Assembly (NCBI GenBank): GCA_965655095.1
Contig: OZ296648.1
Coordinates: forward strand, 195,672,001 to 195,736,000
From: Haplodiscus bocki
Lineage: Eukaryota
DNA length: 64,000 nt
Direction: 5' to 3'
Below, in pieces: positions 35,086-47,800 of the stretch. The position numbers and the translations under genes are program-made. The notes under the pieces are model-generated. The model searched no databases. It saw only the letters and a program-made list of their open reading frames with translations, and was not told the origin of the DNA. The first letter of the stretch is position 1; the number at the start of each line of letters is the position of its first letter.

Positions 35086-35832
35086 GTTCTCAACAGCGAG
35101 AACTTGCGCAGTATCATGGACGGCTTGGACCGAAACCATCTCAACAAATATTCCCACGTACTCACGGGCTACGTCGGCTCTGCGTCTTTTCTCACCCAAA
35201 TAGTAACCGAAGTTAACCAACTTAAAAAATTCAACCCCAACCTTCGATATCATTGCGACCCCGTTTTGGGCGACAACGAAGAATTCTACGTTCCAGAAGA
35301 ACTTGTCAAAATTTACCGAGAAGAGGTTTTGCCAATCGCTGACGTCATCACGCCGAATGATTTCGAAGTGTGGAAACTAACAGGCGAAAGATGCGAGTCT
35401 TTAGAAGTAGCTTTAGAAGCTGTTGATAAATTGCATAACTTGGGCCCAAAAATTGTGGTGCTCAGCAGTGCAAAACTAGATCCAAACCAGGATCAACTGA
35501 CCATGATATGCAGTCAGAAGCAAGGCGACAACCGTGGGCAAAAACTCCGCATTGACTTTCCAAGACTTGCCGGCGCTTTCACAGGAACTGGGGATTTGTT
35601 TTCCGCTTTATTTTTGTCGTGGTTATCCAAATGCGGGGATGGTAATTTAGCAGAGGCTTGTGAGAGAACTGTTTCCACTGTTTATGAGGTGCTGAAAAGA
35701 ACCTGTGAAGAAGTAATTTCAGATGGCGATTATTCACAAAACGGGTGTTCAGTTCCACCAGAGCTGAAGTTGATACAAAGTAAATCGTGTATAGAAAATG
35801 CGCATATTCTGTTCAGCTCAAAAGTCATCTGA
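35086..35832 (+). CDS. PDXK: Pyridoxal kinase, coding exon 2
   Basis: Acceptor TTCTAG|GTT at 35085/35086 in phase 0 gives VLNSENLRSIMDGL...HVLTGY, CDPVLGD, ITPNDFE, FTGTGDLFSA, ELKLIQS. AATAAA at ~35978. The joined protein is ~302 aa. Confidence 0.95.
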   Translation, partial: VLNSENLRSIMDGLDRNHLNKYSHVLTGYVGSASFLTQIVTEVNQLKKFNPNLRYHCDPVLGDNEEFYVPEELVKIYREEVLPIADVITPNDFEVWKLTGERCESLEVALEAVDKLHNLGPKIVVLSSAKLDPNQDQLTMICSQKQGDNRGQKLRIDFPRLAGAFTGTGDLFSALFLSWLSKCGDGNLAEACERTVSTVYEVLKRTCEEVISDGDYSQNGCSVPPELKLIQSKSCIENAHILFSSKVI

Positions 35833-36438
35833 AGAAGTTTTGAGTATTTTTTTTTCAAATTACAGTCGAATTGTATAATGACCGAATCCTTTTTCATAGA
35901 TGCGACTTATTTTTCCATTAATATTGTTGACATATTGTATTGTTACCGTCTTATAACATTGTTCAATCACAGATTTCAATAAATAAATTTATTTTTAATA
36001 TCTCTGCGAAGTTTCTGTAAAGTAAGAAGTTGTTATCAAATCCCCAATGGGGTGGTTTTTATCACTGTAACCATCGGCACTAATTTTTTGCCAGCGTTCC
36101 TCCAAATTTATGAGCGATATTGTTCAAACATTTCAGAAAGTAGAGAAGTGTACCCAGATTTTTTCTGTTTCATTTCCAAATTGATGCGTTGAATGAAATA
36201 ATTTTTCCATTTCTGAGATGCATATTCAAATTCGGCATGTCTTGAAGAACTTGAATTATGGTCCAAAAAACTGATCAGCTAATTACCATTTTTGGTACAA
36301 TTGGACGTCATCAGAAAGTAGTAGAAGCCTGACTCTTGAAAACTTCTCCCCGATATTTGGCAAGTACTTCCGCGTCGCGCTCCATAATGTGCAAACTTTA
36401 GGCTAAAAATGGCGACCTCGGCGTTCACGAGTATGACA

Positions 36439-37080
36439 TCCTAGTTGAGAAAAGATGAAATTCCTGCAAGAGAATGCATTATTCTTGCAGAAAACTTACA
36501 AGATTTTGTAAGAACCGCTTCATTCTTACAAGTTTTGTTACAAGATTTTAGGATGTCTTACAAGATTCTTGCAAGAATTGCCTTGAGCTCTCAATGTTTT
36601 TTTTTCATCGCACCAAACGTATCAGATACTTCTAAGTTATGTGTTTTCATCTACAAAACTGTAGTATGAAACTAACTGTCGGTTCAGAAACAACTAGAAT
36701 GGTCTTATCCAATAGGACGAGATACAGTAATTTAGAACAAAATTTGTTCATTTTCCATTTCTTTTCAGACAATTTAAGCCATCACAAAACATCTGATTAC
36801 AGAAAATTTCTTATGCCTGATGCTTTTAAACATGTTCCATTACAAAATACGTACAACAGGTGTAAAAATCATCAAATTTTACCTCTAATGGTTGATTATG
36901 CTTGCTTTTTGTTGAAATGCATAAATTATCAGAACGTAATGTGCATACAAATTATTTATTTCTTGCAAGTTAGGAAAATCTTGCAAGAATTGAAATTTTT
37001 GTAAGAATCTTGCAAGATTTTCCTAACTTGCTAGAATTTCGCAAGATCTTGCAAGAAATATTTTTTTCTGTCAACTAGGA
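36439..37080. mobile_element. Non-autonomous DNA transposon (MITE) with palindromic subterminal repeats
   Basis: Termini TCCTAGTTGA / TCAACTAGGA, flanking direct repeat ATGACA (36433-36438, 37081-37086), and many TCTTGCAAGA-like palindromes at both ends. Confidence 0.85.
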
Positions 37081-37249
37081 ATGACACTTAAAATAAGTAT
37101 GTGTTGGGACATGGTACATGTCTGACCGGTGTCAAGGTTATTCTAAAATGAAGCAAAATTGTAAAATAGCAAAATAATCGAGTCGACTGACTGCCTTTAT
37201 TGCTTTGTAAATCATGTAAACTTCGCTCATCATTGTCCACCACTCAATT

Positions 37250-37545
37250 ATCGCCACTAACGTCAAAATTGCAAAGTGAATTTAAAATTTGGACTCGATT
37301 GTCCCCTTTCCAATATGCGCCATAAACGTCAAATTATAGTTGTGAATTTTGAATCTTAGGAATCGGTTATGCGTCATTCGAATATTCGCCATAATTGACA
37401 TAACTGTAGCGCTGTAAAGTTTTGAAATTCAGCTGTCGTTTATCAGCCATAAGCGTTCTTACTGTGAGTTGAAAAAAATAGTACTTTCGATTGACCAACT
37501 TTCTGCTGTCCGCCATAAATGTCAAAATTGAGAGGTAAATTTAGA
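37250..37545 (+). repeat. Degenerate minisatellite, ~65-bp unit, ~5 copies
   Basis: GCCATAAACGTCAAAATTG...GTGAATTT-like motif at ~37252, 37319, 37387, 37447 and 37511. Confidence 0.6.
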
Positions 37546-38808
37546 AGATTACTCCATTTATATTCTGAATGGCAACAATGAACTTTTTAAAGTGTTGTCG
37601 TGAATGTCACTAGTAACTGATATTTTTTGCGCGAGTTAGAGTATCACGGAGCTTCGGTAGAAATTTGTAAACTTTTTGGTATTGGAAGAGTAAGCGAATT
37701 TTCCGGTCTTCTTTCCAGTTTATCCAAGAGTGTGACTAATGTAATTTAGCGCTTTTTCATTTTTTTTTAAAATGGTTCATGGACCAGTTTTGAAGTCATT
37801 TCAAGATTGGTTGATAAGCAAAAATCTTGATGCTGATAGAAAGCAAAAATGTTGATTCTTGATGTTGATGAAAAGCAAAAAATTGTTCGCTTCGATGTTC
37901 GAGCCCCGCCAGGGGCCTTCTGGAGACGAGCGAGTGAAAGCCTCTATTGCTTAATTTTTTAACATCGCATTTTTCGGGTCACATTTGTCAACGAAATGAA
38001 ATTTTTTGAACGGTTACTTGCAAAGCACCGTTTAGTTGCAAATTTCCCGCCAAAACTATCGGAAAGTCAACAAATTAATGAAATTTGCAGCTAATTTTAC
38101 TGTTTGACAGAAAACTGATTGAAATCAACGAAAAAGGCCAGATTTTCTTGAATATTTGCTCGGCTAAAACTGTGCAAAAATGTTGAATTTACGATTTTTG
38201 CCAGAATTTGAATTGCAATTTTTGCCTGTAGAAACAAATTATCGCTCAAAATTTACCAGAATTGAGACAATCGGACATTTTTTGAAAAGAAATTGCGCCT
38301 TTTTGCTCCGAAAAATGATTTTGGTTTGAGTTTGTAAACTTAAAAAAATGATAAAACGAATTTTGCAATGGGTCCAATTTCGCCCACTAAACCAAATCTT
38401 TGCCCAGCTCATACTCAAGTATACTCAATTCAGTACGAATGTAAAATAATTGAATGAAGCTTCACATTTTTGCTGGAGAAAGTGCAATTTTTGATATTTC
38501 ACGATTGTGCCCCCTTTTCGCAATTTTTGCCCAAATTTTTGTTATTTTGCCTCGCAAAACAAATATCTGCATAAAATTTAATCAAATTTGAACAAAATAT
38601 ACTTTTGAAGGAAAATTACCGCTTCTGTGTGCCAAAGAAATAATTCTTGTGTTCTTTATGTACACAAAACACATTTTCGCTTTCTTATCGGAGTTTTTGT
38701 GATTTGACTTCTCAACTTTCCTTTTAGATAGGAAACCAACGTAATATTATACAATTTGTTGTTTCAAGTCGCTTTTCAATACTCCGAGATTTTGCTAAAC
38801 GAACGTTT

Positions 38809-41800
38809 TGAAGCTATCATTCTCTGAGTGAAAAAGTTGAAGCTATCATAATCTTTGGAGAAATTTTACAACTCAGGCAATTGGGTGGTGGAAGGTTAAA
38901 TGCAGCTGGGTGCGAAAATACGAGGAACGCAAAGCTTCATGAGAGGTTTCACAAGTTTTCAGAAAATTGTTTTTCAAAATCGTAGGGGAAAAACTGTTCA
39001 GGGTTGAAAGCAAAGAAATTAGAAATCAAAATTAACATTGAGACCAACAGGACGGAGAAGGAACTTGCTCACTAAATAGGAACATCTCCATGCAATTTAG
39101 CTAGACTTAAACATGAAAGATTTTTTAATGAGGCACTTGCACCAATGTAAAGTTCCACTGCAAAAATCGAGTGAAGAATGTAGCGTCTCATTAGATAACT
39201 GTTATTATAAGTTCGTTAACAAACAGAGATTATGTACACAAAAAGTGATTTTGTTTTCCTGTGTGAGTAGCAGGTGCGGATTCAACTAACAGTGCAAATT
39301 ACATCATGAATGACTGAGCTTGTTTAGAGAGGTGAAAACAACCCTGAAACAAGAAAAGAGATTTTTGCGTCAACAGACATTCCAACGAATCCTTTAGCAG
39401 ATATTCTATATAATCATTTAGAACCAAATTTCAAATATATAGTTCAGAAGGCTTCCATCTACAGTAGAGATCATGAAGATGCCTTGAAAGTATTTGTGGA
39501 ATTATTGAGGATATGCATCAGTGAATAGACACTCACTATAGTGAAATCAAACTTTCAAGAGACGAAATAAAAAGTCTGAATTCTAATGTTGTAAGAATAG
39601 ATTAGTAAGACTTTTTCAATAAACAAGCCCTAGAAAGAAAGAAAGAATGAATGAGTCCTGTGATTTATACGGCTGAAAAAACAAGAAGCGTCTTTTGTTA
39701 TCATTGAGTTCGTTGAAATAGAGAAAAAAATGGCAATCTTTCTTTCTGTTTCTTCTTTCCCAAAAAAAAGTCATAAACATCCAATTTGTCAATTTTTGTT
39801 AACATTCCGATCTTTTTAGGGAGTTTTTTCAGTTCAGATGTTTCTGGAAGAATTGAGTTTCTTAACTGGATCTCTGCAAAAAAACCAAAAATTGGTTGTC
39901 TCTCTCTACAAAAAGCTAACGTTTTCACGGAAGAAGCAAATATTTGACACATAAGGAGGCAAAAAAATGATGTCACGGTTAAAGTTTATCTAGACGCCAA
40001 TATGAATAAACTAGATGGACGGTTTTTATCCAAAGCAAATGCTTTCAAACAAAGGAAAGTGTACTCAACTATAGGTTCCTGTATAGGAAAGTTAAAAAAA
40101 AGTTCAAGGTTCATTGAAAAGGTTCTATGTTTTTTTAAACAATCTAATTTTAGATGAAGATATTTTGATTAAAAAATGCAGAATGCTATCGAAGTACTAA
40201 TACAAGATAGCTCTGATGCTGGAATAGTTGGTGAAAATGTTACGGAAGATGAACCATTAAAAGATTCTTCAACATTTAACACAATAGGAACTCCTAAAAA
40301 GGAACCTGATGAAAGTCTTTTTGTAATGTAATTATAACCATACGTGGATTAAACGCTAAGCAACATCCAACATAAAGTCTGATCAAAAATGTGTTTATTT
40401 CTTGAAACTCAGTTTTTACTCTGCAAACCAAATCCAAGGAGAGATAAAGCAGAGGAAATCCCACTGTGCATCATTTTGTTTCTAAATCTGAAACACCTAA
40501 CAATATAATAAAAACAATTTTGTAATTAGCACTCCTAAAATTGTATCCGGTCAGATTTTTTTTGTCCCTGGCCTGAAGAGAATTGAGAAATCCAGAATAG
40601 TCTGAGCTGTTTTTCTGCTTCTAAACAGCCTTCGAGTACTACAACAGCATTGGTAACATTTAAGACTCACTCTTCGGAGAAGAAGAAACACAAATGAGAA
40701 AGCTACTTGTGGACATAATAGCAAAAGTTTTTAGAGTTTTTATGTAAAGCATATCACTACAAACAAATTTCAAAAGTGTTAGTTTTTGCTTTTTTCTCAC
40801 TATCAATAATTTTATCATTACTTTTATTATTTTTATTATTAACCATTTTTTCAAAAATAAAATAAATTTTAGAGGGAAAACAACTTGTAGCTACTTTTTT
40901 GAGTCAAATTATTACTATGAGTTCCTTTCAATAACAAACTTCTACCAGATAAAGTTTGTACTACACCAGAAAAAGCACTTGAAAAACTGATGCAATTGAT
41001 GGGTTTTTGACTTTTACCTCAAATTGAGGGAAAAATTTGAAGCTATCATAATCTGTGGAGAAATTTTACATCTCAGGCAATTGGTGGGGGAAAGTGTAAT
41101 GCAACTGGGTGAGAAAACAGGAGGAAGGGAAAGCGTCTTGAGAGTTTTGACAAGTTTTCAGAAATATGTTTTCAAAATCTTAGAGATAAAACTGTTCGGT
41201 GTTGATTACAAAGAAAATGAATTAAAAATTTCACTGATAGACAGGACTGAGACGGAACTTTGTGGATAAAGAGGAAAAACTCCATGCATTTTGGCTAAAT
41301 TTTAACAAAAGAGATCCTCTAAATGACGCACTTGCACCAATGTAAAAATTCACTGCAAAAATCTAGTGAAAAATGTAGCGTCGAATGAGATAACTGTAAT
41401 TATATATTCGTTAACAAACAGAGATTATGTACACAAAAAATGTCTTTGATTTCCTGTGTGAGTACCAGTTGAGGATTCAACTAACAGTGCAAATTAGATG
41501 ATGAATGACTGAGTTTGTTTAGAGAGGTAAAAACAACGATGAAACTGGAAACAGAAGAGAAATTTGATTGAACATATATTCCAACGAATCATTTAGCAGA
41601 TCTTCTGAAGAAGTATTTAAAACACAATTCAAAATACATAGTTCAGAAGGCTTCCTTCTACAGTAAAGATAATGAAGATGCTTTATAAGTATTTGTGAAG
41701 TTTTTGAGGATATGCATCAATGAATAGACATTCACTTTACTGAAACCAAACTTTCAAGAAAAGACATAAGTGTTCCCGATTCTCAAGTTATGGAGGAGAT

Positions 41801-44800
41801 GAGTATGACTTTCTCCTCAAATAAGCCTAGGAACCGAAAACAAAATAAATTGTGTGAAGTGTACTGCTGAAAAAAAATAAGCGAGTTCTTTTCCATTAAA
41901 GGCTTTGAAAAACAAAATAAACAAATGACAAATAATCTTCCTGTATCTTATTTCCCGAAAAAAAAGTTCTTCATCATGGCCCCCTTTTTTTATAAATTGT
42001 TAACTTACCGATCTTTTGAAGAAGTTTTTCCAGTTATGAGAAGAAAAGATGGACTAAGTTTCTGATCTGATTTTCTGCAAAAAACTAAAAGATGTCTGTC
42101 TCTCTCTACAAAAAGCTATTGATTTTGAGGAAAACATTAATACTTGATACATAAGGAGGCCAAAAAATGACGATGTTAAGAATAGTTTATCTAGACACCA
42201 TTTTCAAAAAAAAAGTTGGATGGTTTATTTCCACAGCAAAGGCTTTCAGACGATGCAAATTGAAATGAATTTCAGGTTTTGATAATGGGGAAGGAAAGGA
42301 ATGTTCAAAGATCCTTGCAAGGGTTTCAACTACTTTTAATCATTTTAGTTTTAGATTACGATAATTCATTAAAAAGTGCAATATGCTATTAAAGCAATTT
42401 TACAACTTCTCTTATGCAGGAATAGATGATAGAAAATGATACGAAAGATGAACTATTAAAAGGTTGCTTGTCTTTTAACACCATAGGAGTTCCTATGAGT
42501 AAACCTAGTGAAAAAATTTTCTATAAGATCTTTTTATCAATACGTGGAATAAAACACCAAGCAACATCAAACATAAAGGCATATCAAAAATTGTGTTCTT
42601 TTCTTGGAACTCAGTCTTTAATCTGGAAATCAAACCCAAGGAGAGATAAAGCAGAGTAAATCCCACTGTGCATCATTTTGTTTCTAAATCTAAAACACCT
42701 AACAATATAATAAAAACAATTTTGTATTTAGCACTCCTAAAATTGTATCCGGGCAGACTTTTTTGTCCCTGGCCTGAAGAGAATTGAAAAATCCAGAATA
42801 GTCTGTGTTGTTTTTCTGCTTCTGAACAGCCATCAGCATTCGTAACATTTAAGACTCACTTCTCGGAGAAGAAGAAACCAAAATGAGAAAGCTACTTGTG
42901 GACATAAAAGCAGAAGTTTTTTGACTTTTTATGTAAAGCATATCACTACAAACAAACTTCAAAAGTGTTAGTTTTTGCTTCTTTTCTCACCATCAATAAT
43001 ATCATTTTTTAATTATTATTAATATTAACCATTCTATCCAAAATAAAATAAATTTTAGAGGAAAAACAACTTGTAGCTACTTTTTTGAGTCAAATTATTA
43101 CTATGGATTCCTTTCAATAACAAACTTCTACCAGATAAAGTTAGCACTACACCAGAATAAAGTCTTGAAAAACTGATGAAACTGATGGGTTTTTGATTTT
43201 TACATCAAATTGAGGGAAAAATTTGAAGCTATCATTATCTGTGGAGAAATTTCACAACTCAGGCAATTGGGTGGTGAAAAGTTAAATGCAGCTCGGTGAA
43301 AAAGTGCGACAAGGGGAAGCTTCATTAGGGTTTTTACAAGTTTTCAGAAATTTGTTTTTCAAAACCTTACAGAAAAAACTGTTCAGGGTTGATTACACAG
43401 AAAATAATTAAAAACTTCACTGATAGACCAATAGTACTGAGACGGAACTTTGTGGATAAAGAGGAAAAACTCCATGCAATTTAGCTAAATTTTAACAAAA
43501 GAGATCCTCTAAATGACGCACTTGCACCAATGTAAAAATTCACTGCAAAAATCTAGTGAAAAATGTAGAATGAGATAACTGTAATTATATATTCGTTAAC
43601 AAACAGAGATTATGTACACAAAAGATGATTTTGACTTCCTGTGTGAGTAGCAGGTGAGGATTCAACTAACAGTGCGAATTCGATGATGAATGACTGAGTT
43701 TGTTTAGAGAGGTAAAAACAACGCTGAAACAGGAAAAAGAGGAGAATTTTGAGTGAACAGACATTCCAACGAATCATTTAATAGATGTTCTGAAGAATCA
43801 ATTAAAACACAATTTCAAATACATAGTTCAGAAGGCTTCCCTCTACAGTAAAGATCATGAGGATGCCTTATAATTATTTGTGAAGTTTTTGAGGATATGC
43901 ATCAATGAATAGACATTCACTTTACTGAAACCAAACTTTCAAGAAAAGACATAAGTGTTCCCGACTCTCAAGTTATGGAGGAGATGAGTATGAATTTCTC
44001 CTCAAATAGGCCTACGAATGGAAAACAGAATGAATTATGTGATATGTACTGCTCAAAATAATTGAAGCGACTTTTTTCTAGTTAAATGCTTTGAAAAACA
44101 AAATGAACAAATGACAACTAATATTCCTGTATCCTATTTCCCGAAAAAAACACTTCTACATCAGGGCCCCTTTTTTATATATTGTTAACATACCGATCCT
44201 TTGAAGAAGTTTTTTCCAGTTATGAGAAAAAAAGATGGACTGAGTTCCTGAACTGATTCTCTGCAAAAAACTAAAATATGTCTGTTTCTCTCTACGAAAA
44301 GCTAATGATTTCGAGGAAAATAATAATATTTGACACATAAGGAGGCCAAAAAATGACGATGTCATGAATAAAATTTATATGGACACCAAATTCAAATAAA
44401 AAGTTGGATGGTTTATTTCCACAGGAAAGGCTTTCAGGCGATGCAAATTGAAATGATTTTCCGGTTTTCATTATGAGGAAGGAAAAGAATATTCAAAGAT
44501 CTTTGAAAGGGCTCCAACTTTTTTTAATCAATTTAGTTTTAGATTACGATTATTCCCTAAAAAAGCAAAATGCTGTTAAAGCAAAATTACAACATCTCTA
44601 TTATGCAGGAATAGATGATAGAAAATGATACGAAAGATGAACTAATAAAAAGTTGCTTGTTTTTTAACACCATAGGAATTCCTATGAACAAACCTAGTGA
44701 AATTTTTTTTGTAAGATCTTTTTATCAATACGTGGAATAAAACACCAAGCAACATCAAACATAAAGGCAGATCAAAAAATGTGTTCTTTTCTTGGAACTC

Positions 44801-47800
44801 AGTCTTTACTCTGCAAATCAAATCCAAGGAGAGCTAAAGCAGGGTAAATCTCACTGTGCATCATTTTGTTTCTAAATCTAAAACACCTAACAACATAAAA
44901 AAAAACTTTTTGTAATTAGCACTCCTAAAATTGTATGGGGGCAGATTTTTTTTGTCCCTGGCCTGAAGAGAATTGAGAAATCCGGAATAGTCTGTGTTGT
45001 TTTTTTTGTTTCTGAACAGCCATCAGCATTCGTAATATTCAAGACTCACTTCTCGGAGAAGAAGAAACCAAACTGAGAAAGCTACTTGTGGACATAAAAG
45101 CAAAAGTTTTTTGAGTTTTTATGTAAAGCATATCACTACAAACAAATTTCAAAAAAGTTAGTTTTTGCTTCTTTTCTCACTATCAATAATATTATCATTA
45201 TTTTTATTATTGTTAAAATTTACCAGTTTTTCCAAAATAAAATAAATTTTAGAGGAAAAACAAGTTGTAGCTACTTTTTTGAGTCAAATTATTACTATGG
45301 ATTCCTTTCAATAACAAATTTCTACCAGATAAATTTAGTACTACACCCGAAACAACACTTGAAAAACTGATGAAATTCATCGGTTTTTGACTTTTGCCTC
45401 AAATTGAGGGAAAAATTTGAAGCTATCATAATCTGTGGAGAAATTTTACAACTCAAGTAATTGGGTGGTGGAAAGTTAATTGAAGCTCGGTGAAAAAGCG
45501 CCAAAGGGGAAGCTTCATTAGGGTTTTTACAAGTTTTCAGAAAATTGTTTTTCAGAATCTTGGAGAAAAAACTGTTCAGGGTTGATTACAAAGAAAATGA
45601 ATTAAAAATTTCTCTGATAGACCAAAACGACTGACACGGATCTTTGTGGATAAAGAGGAAAAACTCCATGCAATTTAGCTGAAATTTAACAAAAGAGATC
45701 CTCTAAATGACGCACTTGCACCAATGTAAAGTTTCACTTCAAAAATCTAGTGAAGAATGTAGCGTCCTATGAGATAACTGTAACTATATGTTCGTTAACA
45801 AACAGAGAATATGTACAAAAAATTACTTTGATTTCTTGTGTGAGTAGCAGTTGAGGATTCAACTAACAGTGCGAATTCGATGATGAATGACTGAGTTTGG
45901 TTAGAGAGGTAAAAACAACGCTGAAACAGGAAAAAGAGGAGAATTTTGAGTGAACAGACACTCCAACGAATCATTTAGCAGATATTCTAAAGAATCAATT
46001 AAAACACAGTTTCAAATACATAGATCAGAAGGCTTCCTTCTACAGTAAAGATCATGAGGATGCCTTATGAGTATTTGTGAAGTTTTTGAGGATATGCATC
46101 AGTGAATAGACATTCACTTCAGTGAAGACAAACTTTCAAGAAAAGACATGAGTGATCCCGATTCTCAAGTTATGGAGGAGATGAGTATGACTTTCTCCTC
46201 AAATAAGCCTACGAATGGAAAACAGAATGAATTGTGTGAATTGTACTGCTGAAAAATTTTGAAGTGATTTTTTTATTAAATGCTTTGAAAAACAAAATAA
46301 ACAAATGACAAATAATCTTCCTGTATCCTATTTCCCGAAAAAAACATTTCTTCATCAGGGCCCCCTTTTTATATATTGTTAACATACCGATCCTTTGAAG
46401 AAGTTTTTTCCAGTTATGAGAAAAAAAGATGGACTGAGTTCCTGAACTGATTCTCTGCAAAAAAACTGAAAGATGTCTGTTTCTCTCTACGAAAAGCTAA
46501 TGATTTCGAGGAAAATAATAATATTTGACACACAAGGAGGCCAAAAAATGACGATGTCATGAATAAAATTTATATGGACACCAAATTCAAATAAATAGTT
46601 GGATGGTTTATTTCCACAGGAAAGGCTTTCAGACGATGCAAATTGAAATGATTTTCCGGTTTTCATTATGAGGAAGGAAAGGAATATTCAAAGATCCTTG
46701 AAAGGGCTCCAACTTTTTTTAATCAATTTAGTTTTAGATTACGATTTTTCCTTGAAAAATGCAAAATGCTATTAAAGCAAATTTATAACTTCTCTATTAT
46801 GCAGGAAAAGATGACATGAAAAGATACTAAAGATGAACTATTAGAAGGTTGTTTGTCTTTTAACACCATGGGAATTCCTTTGAATAAACCTAGTGAAATT
46901 TTTTTGTAAAGTTTTTTTTGTCTATACGTGGAATAAAACACCAAGCAACATCAAACATAAAGGCAGATCAAAAAATGTGTTCTTTTCCTGGAACTCTGTC
47001 TTTACTCTGCAAATCAAATCCAAGGAGAGCTAAAGCAGAGTAAATCCCACTGTGCATCATTTTGTTTCTAAATCTAAAACACCTAACACCATAAAAAAAC
47101 CTTTTTGTAATTAGCACTCCTAAAATTGTATCGGGGCAGATTTTTTTTGTCCCTGGCCTGAAGAGATTTGAGAAATGGGGAATAGTCTGTGTTGTTTTTC
47201 TGTTTCTGAACAGCCATCAGCATTCGTAATATTTAAGACTCACTTCTCGGAGAAGAAGAAACCAAACTGAAAAAGCTACTTGTGGACATAAAAGCAAAAG
47301 TTTTTTGGGTTTTTTTGTAAAGCGTATCACTACAAACAAATTTCAAAAAAGTTAATTTTTGCTTCTTTTCTCACTATCAATAATATTATCATTATTTTTA
47401 TTATTGTTAATATTTACCAATTTTTCCAAAATAAACTAAATTTTAGACGAAAAACAAGTTGTAGCTACTTTTTTGAATCAAATTATTACTATGGATTCCT
47501 TTCAATAACAAATTTCTACCAGATAAATTTAGTACTACACCCGAAACAACACTTGAAAAACTGATGAAATTCATCGGTTTTTGACTTTTGCCTCAAATTG
47601 AGGGAAAAATTTGAAGCTATCATAATCTGTGGAGAAATTTTACAACTCAAGTAATTGGGTGGTGGAAAGTTAATTGAAGCTCGGTGAAAAAGCGCCAAAG
47701 GGGAAGCTTCATTAGGGTTTTTACAAGTTTTCAGAAAATTGTTTTTCAGAATCTTGGAGAAAAAACTGTTCAGGGTTGATTACAAAGAAAATGAATTAAA

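Noticed and set aside
38821-40810. Satellite unit as an intact gene in an alternative (ciliate-like TAR=Gln) code or one rescued by RNA editing
   Set aside because: One frame reads plausibly if stops are read as Q/R, but all three stop types occur. The stop cluster at ~39148-39220 coincides with an open alternative frame, and copies differ by frameshifting indels. Ordinary pseudogene decay explains this, and neighbouring genes use the standard code.
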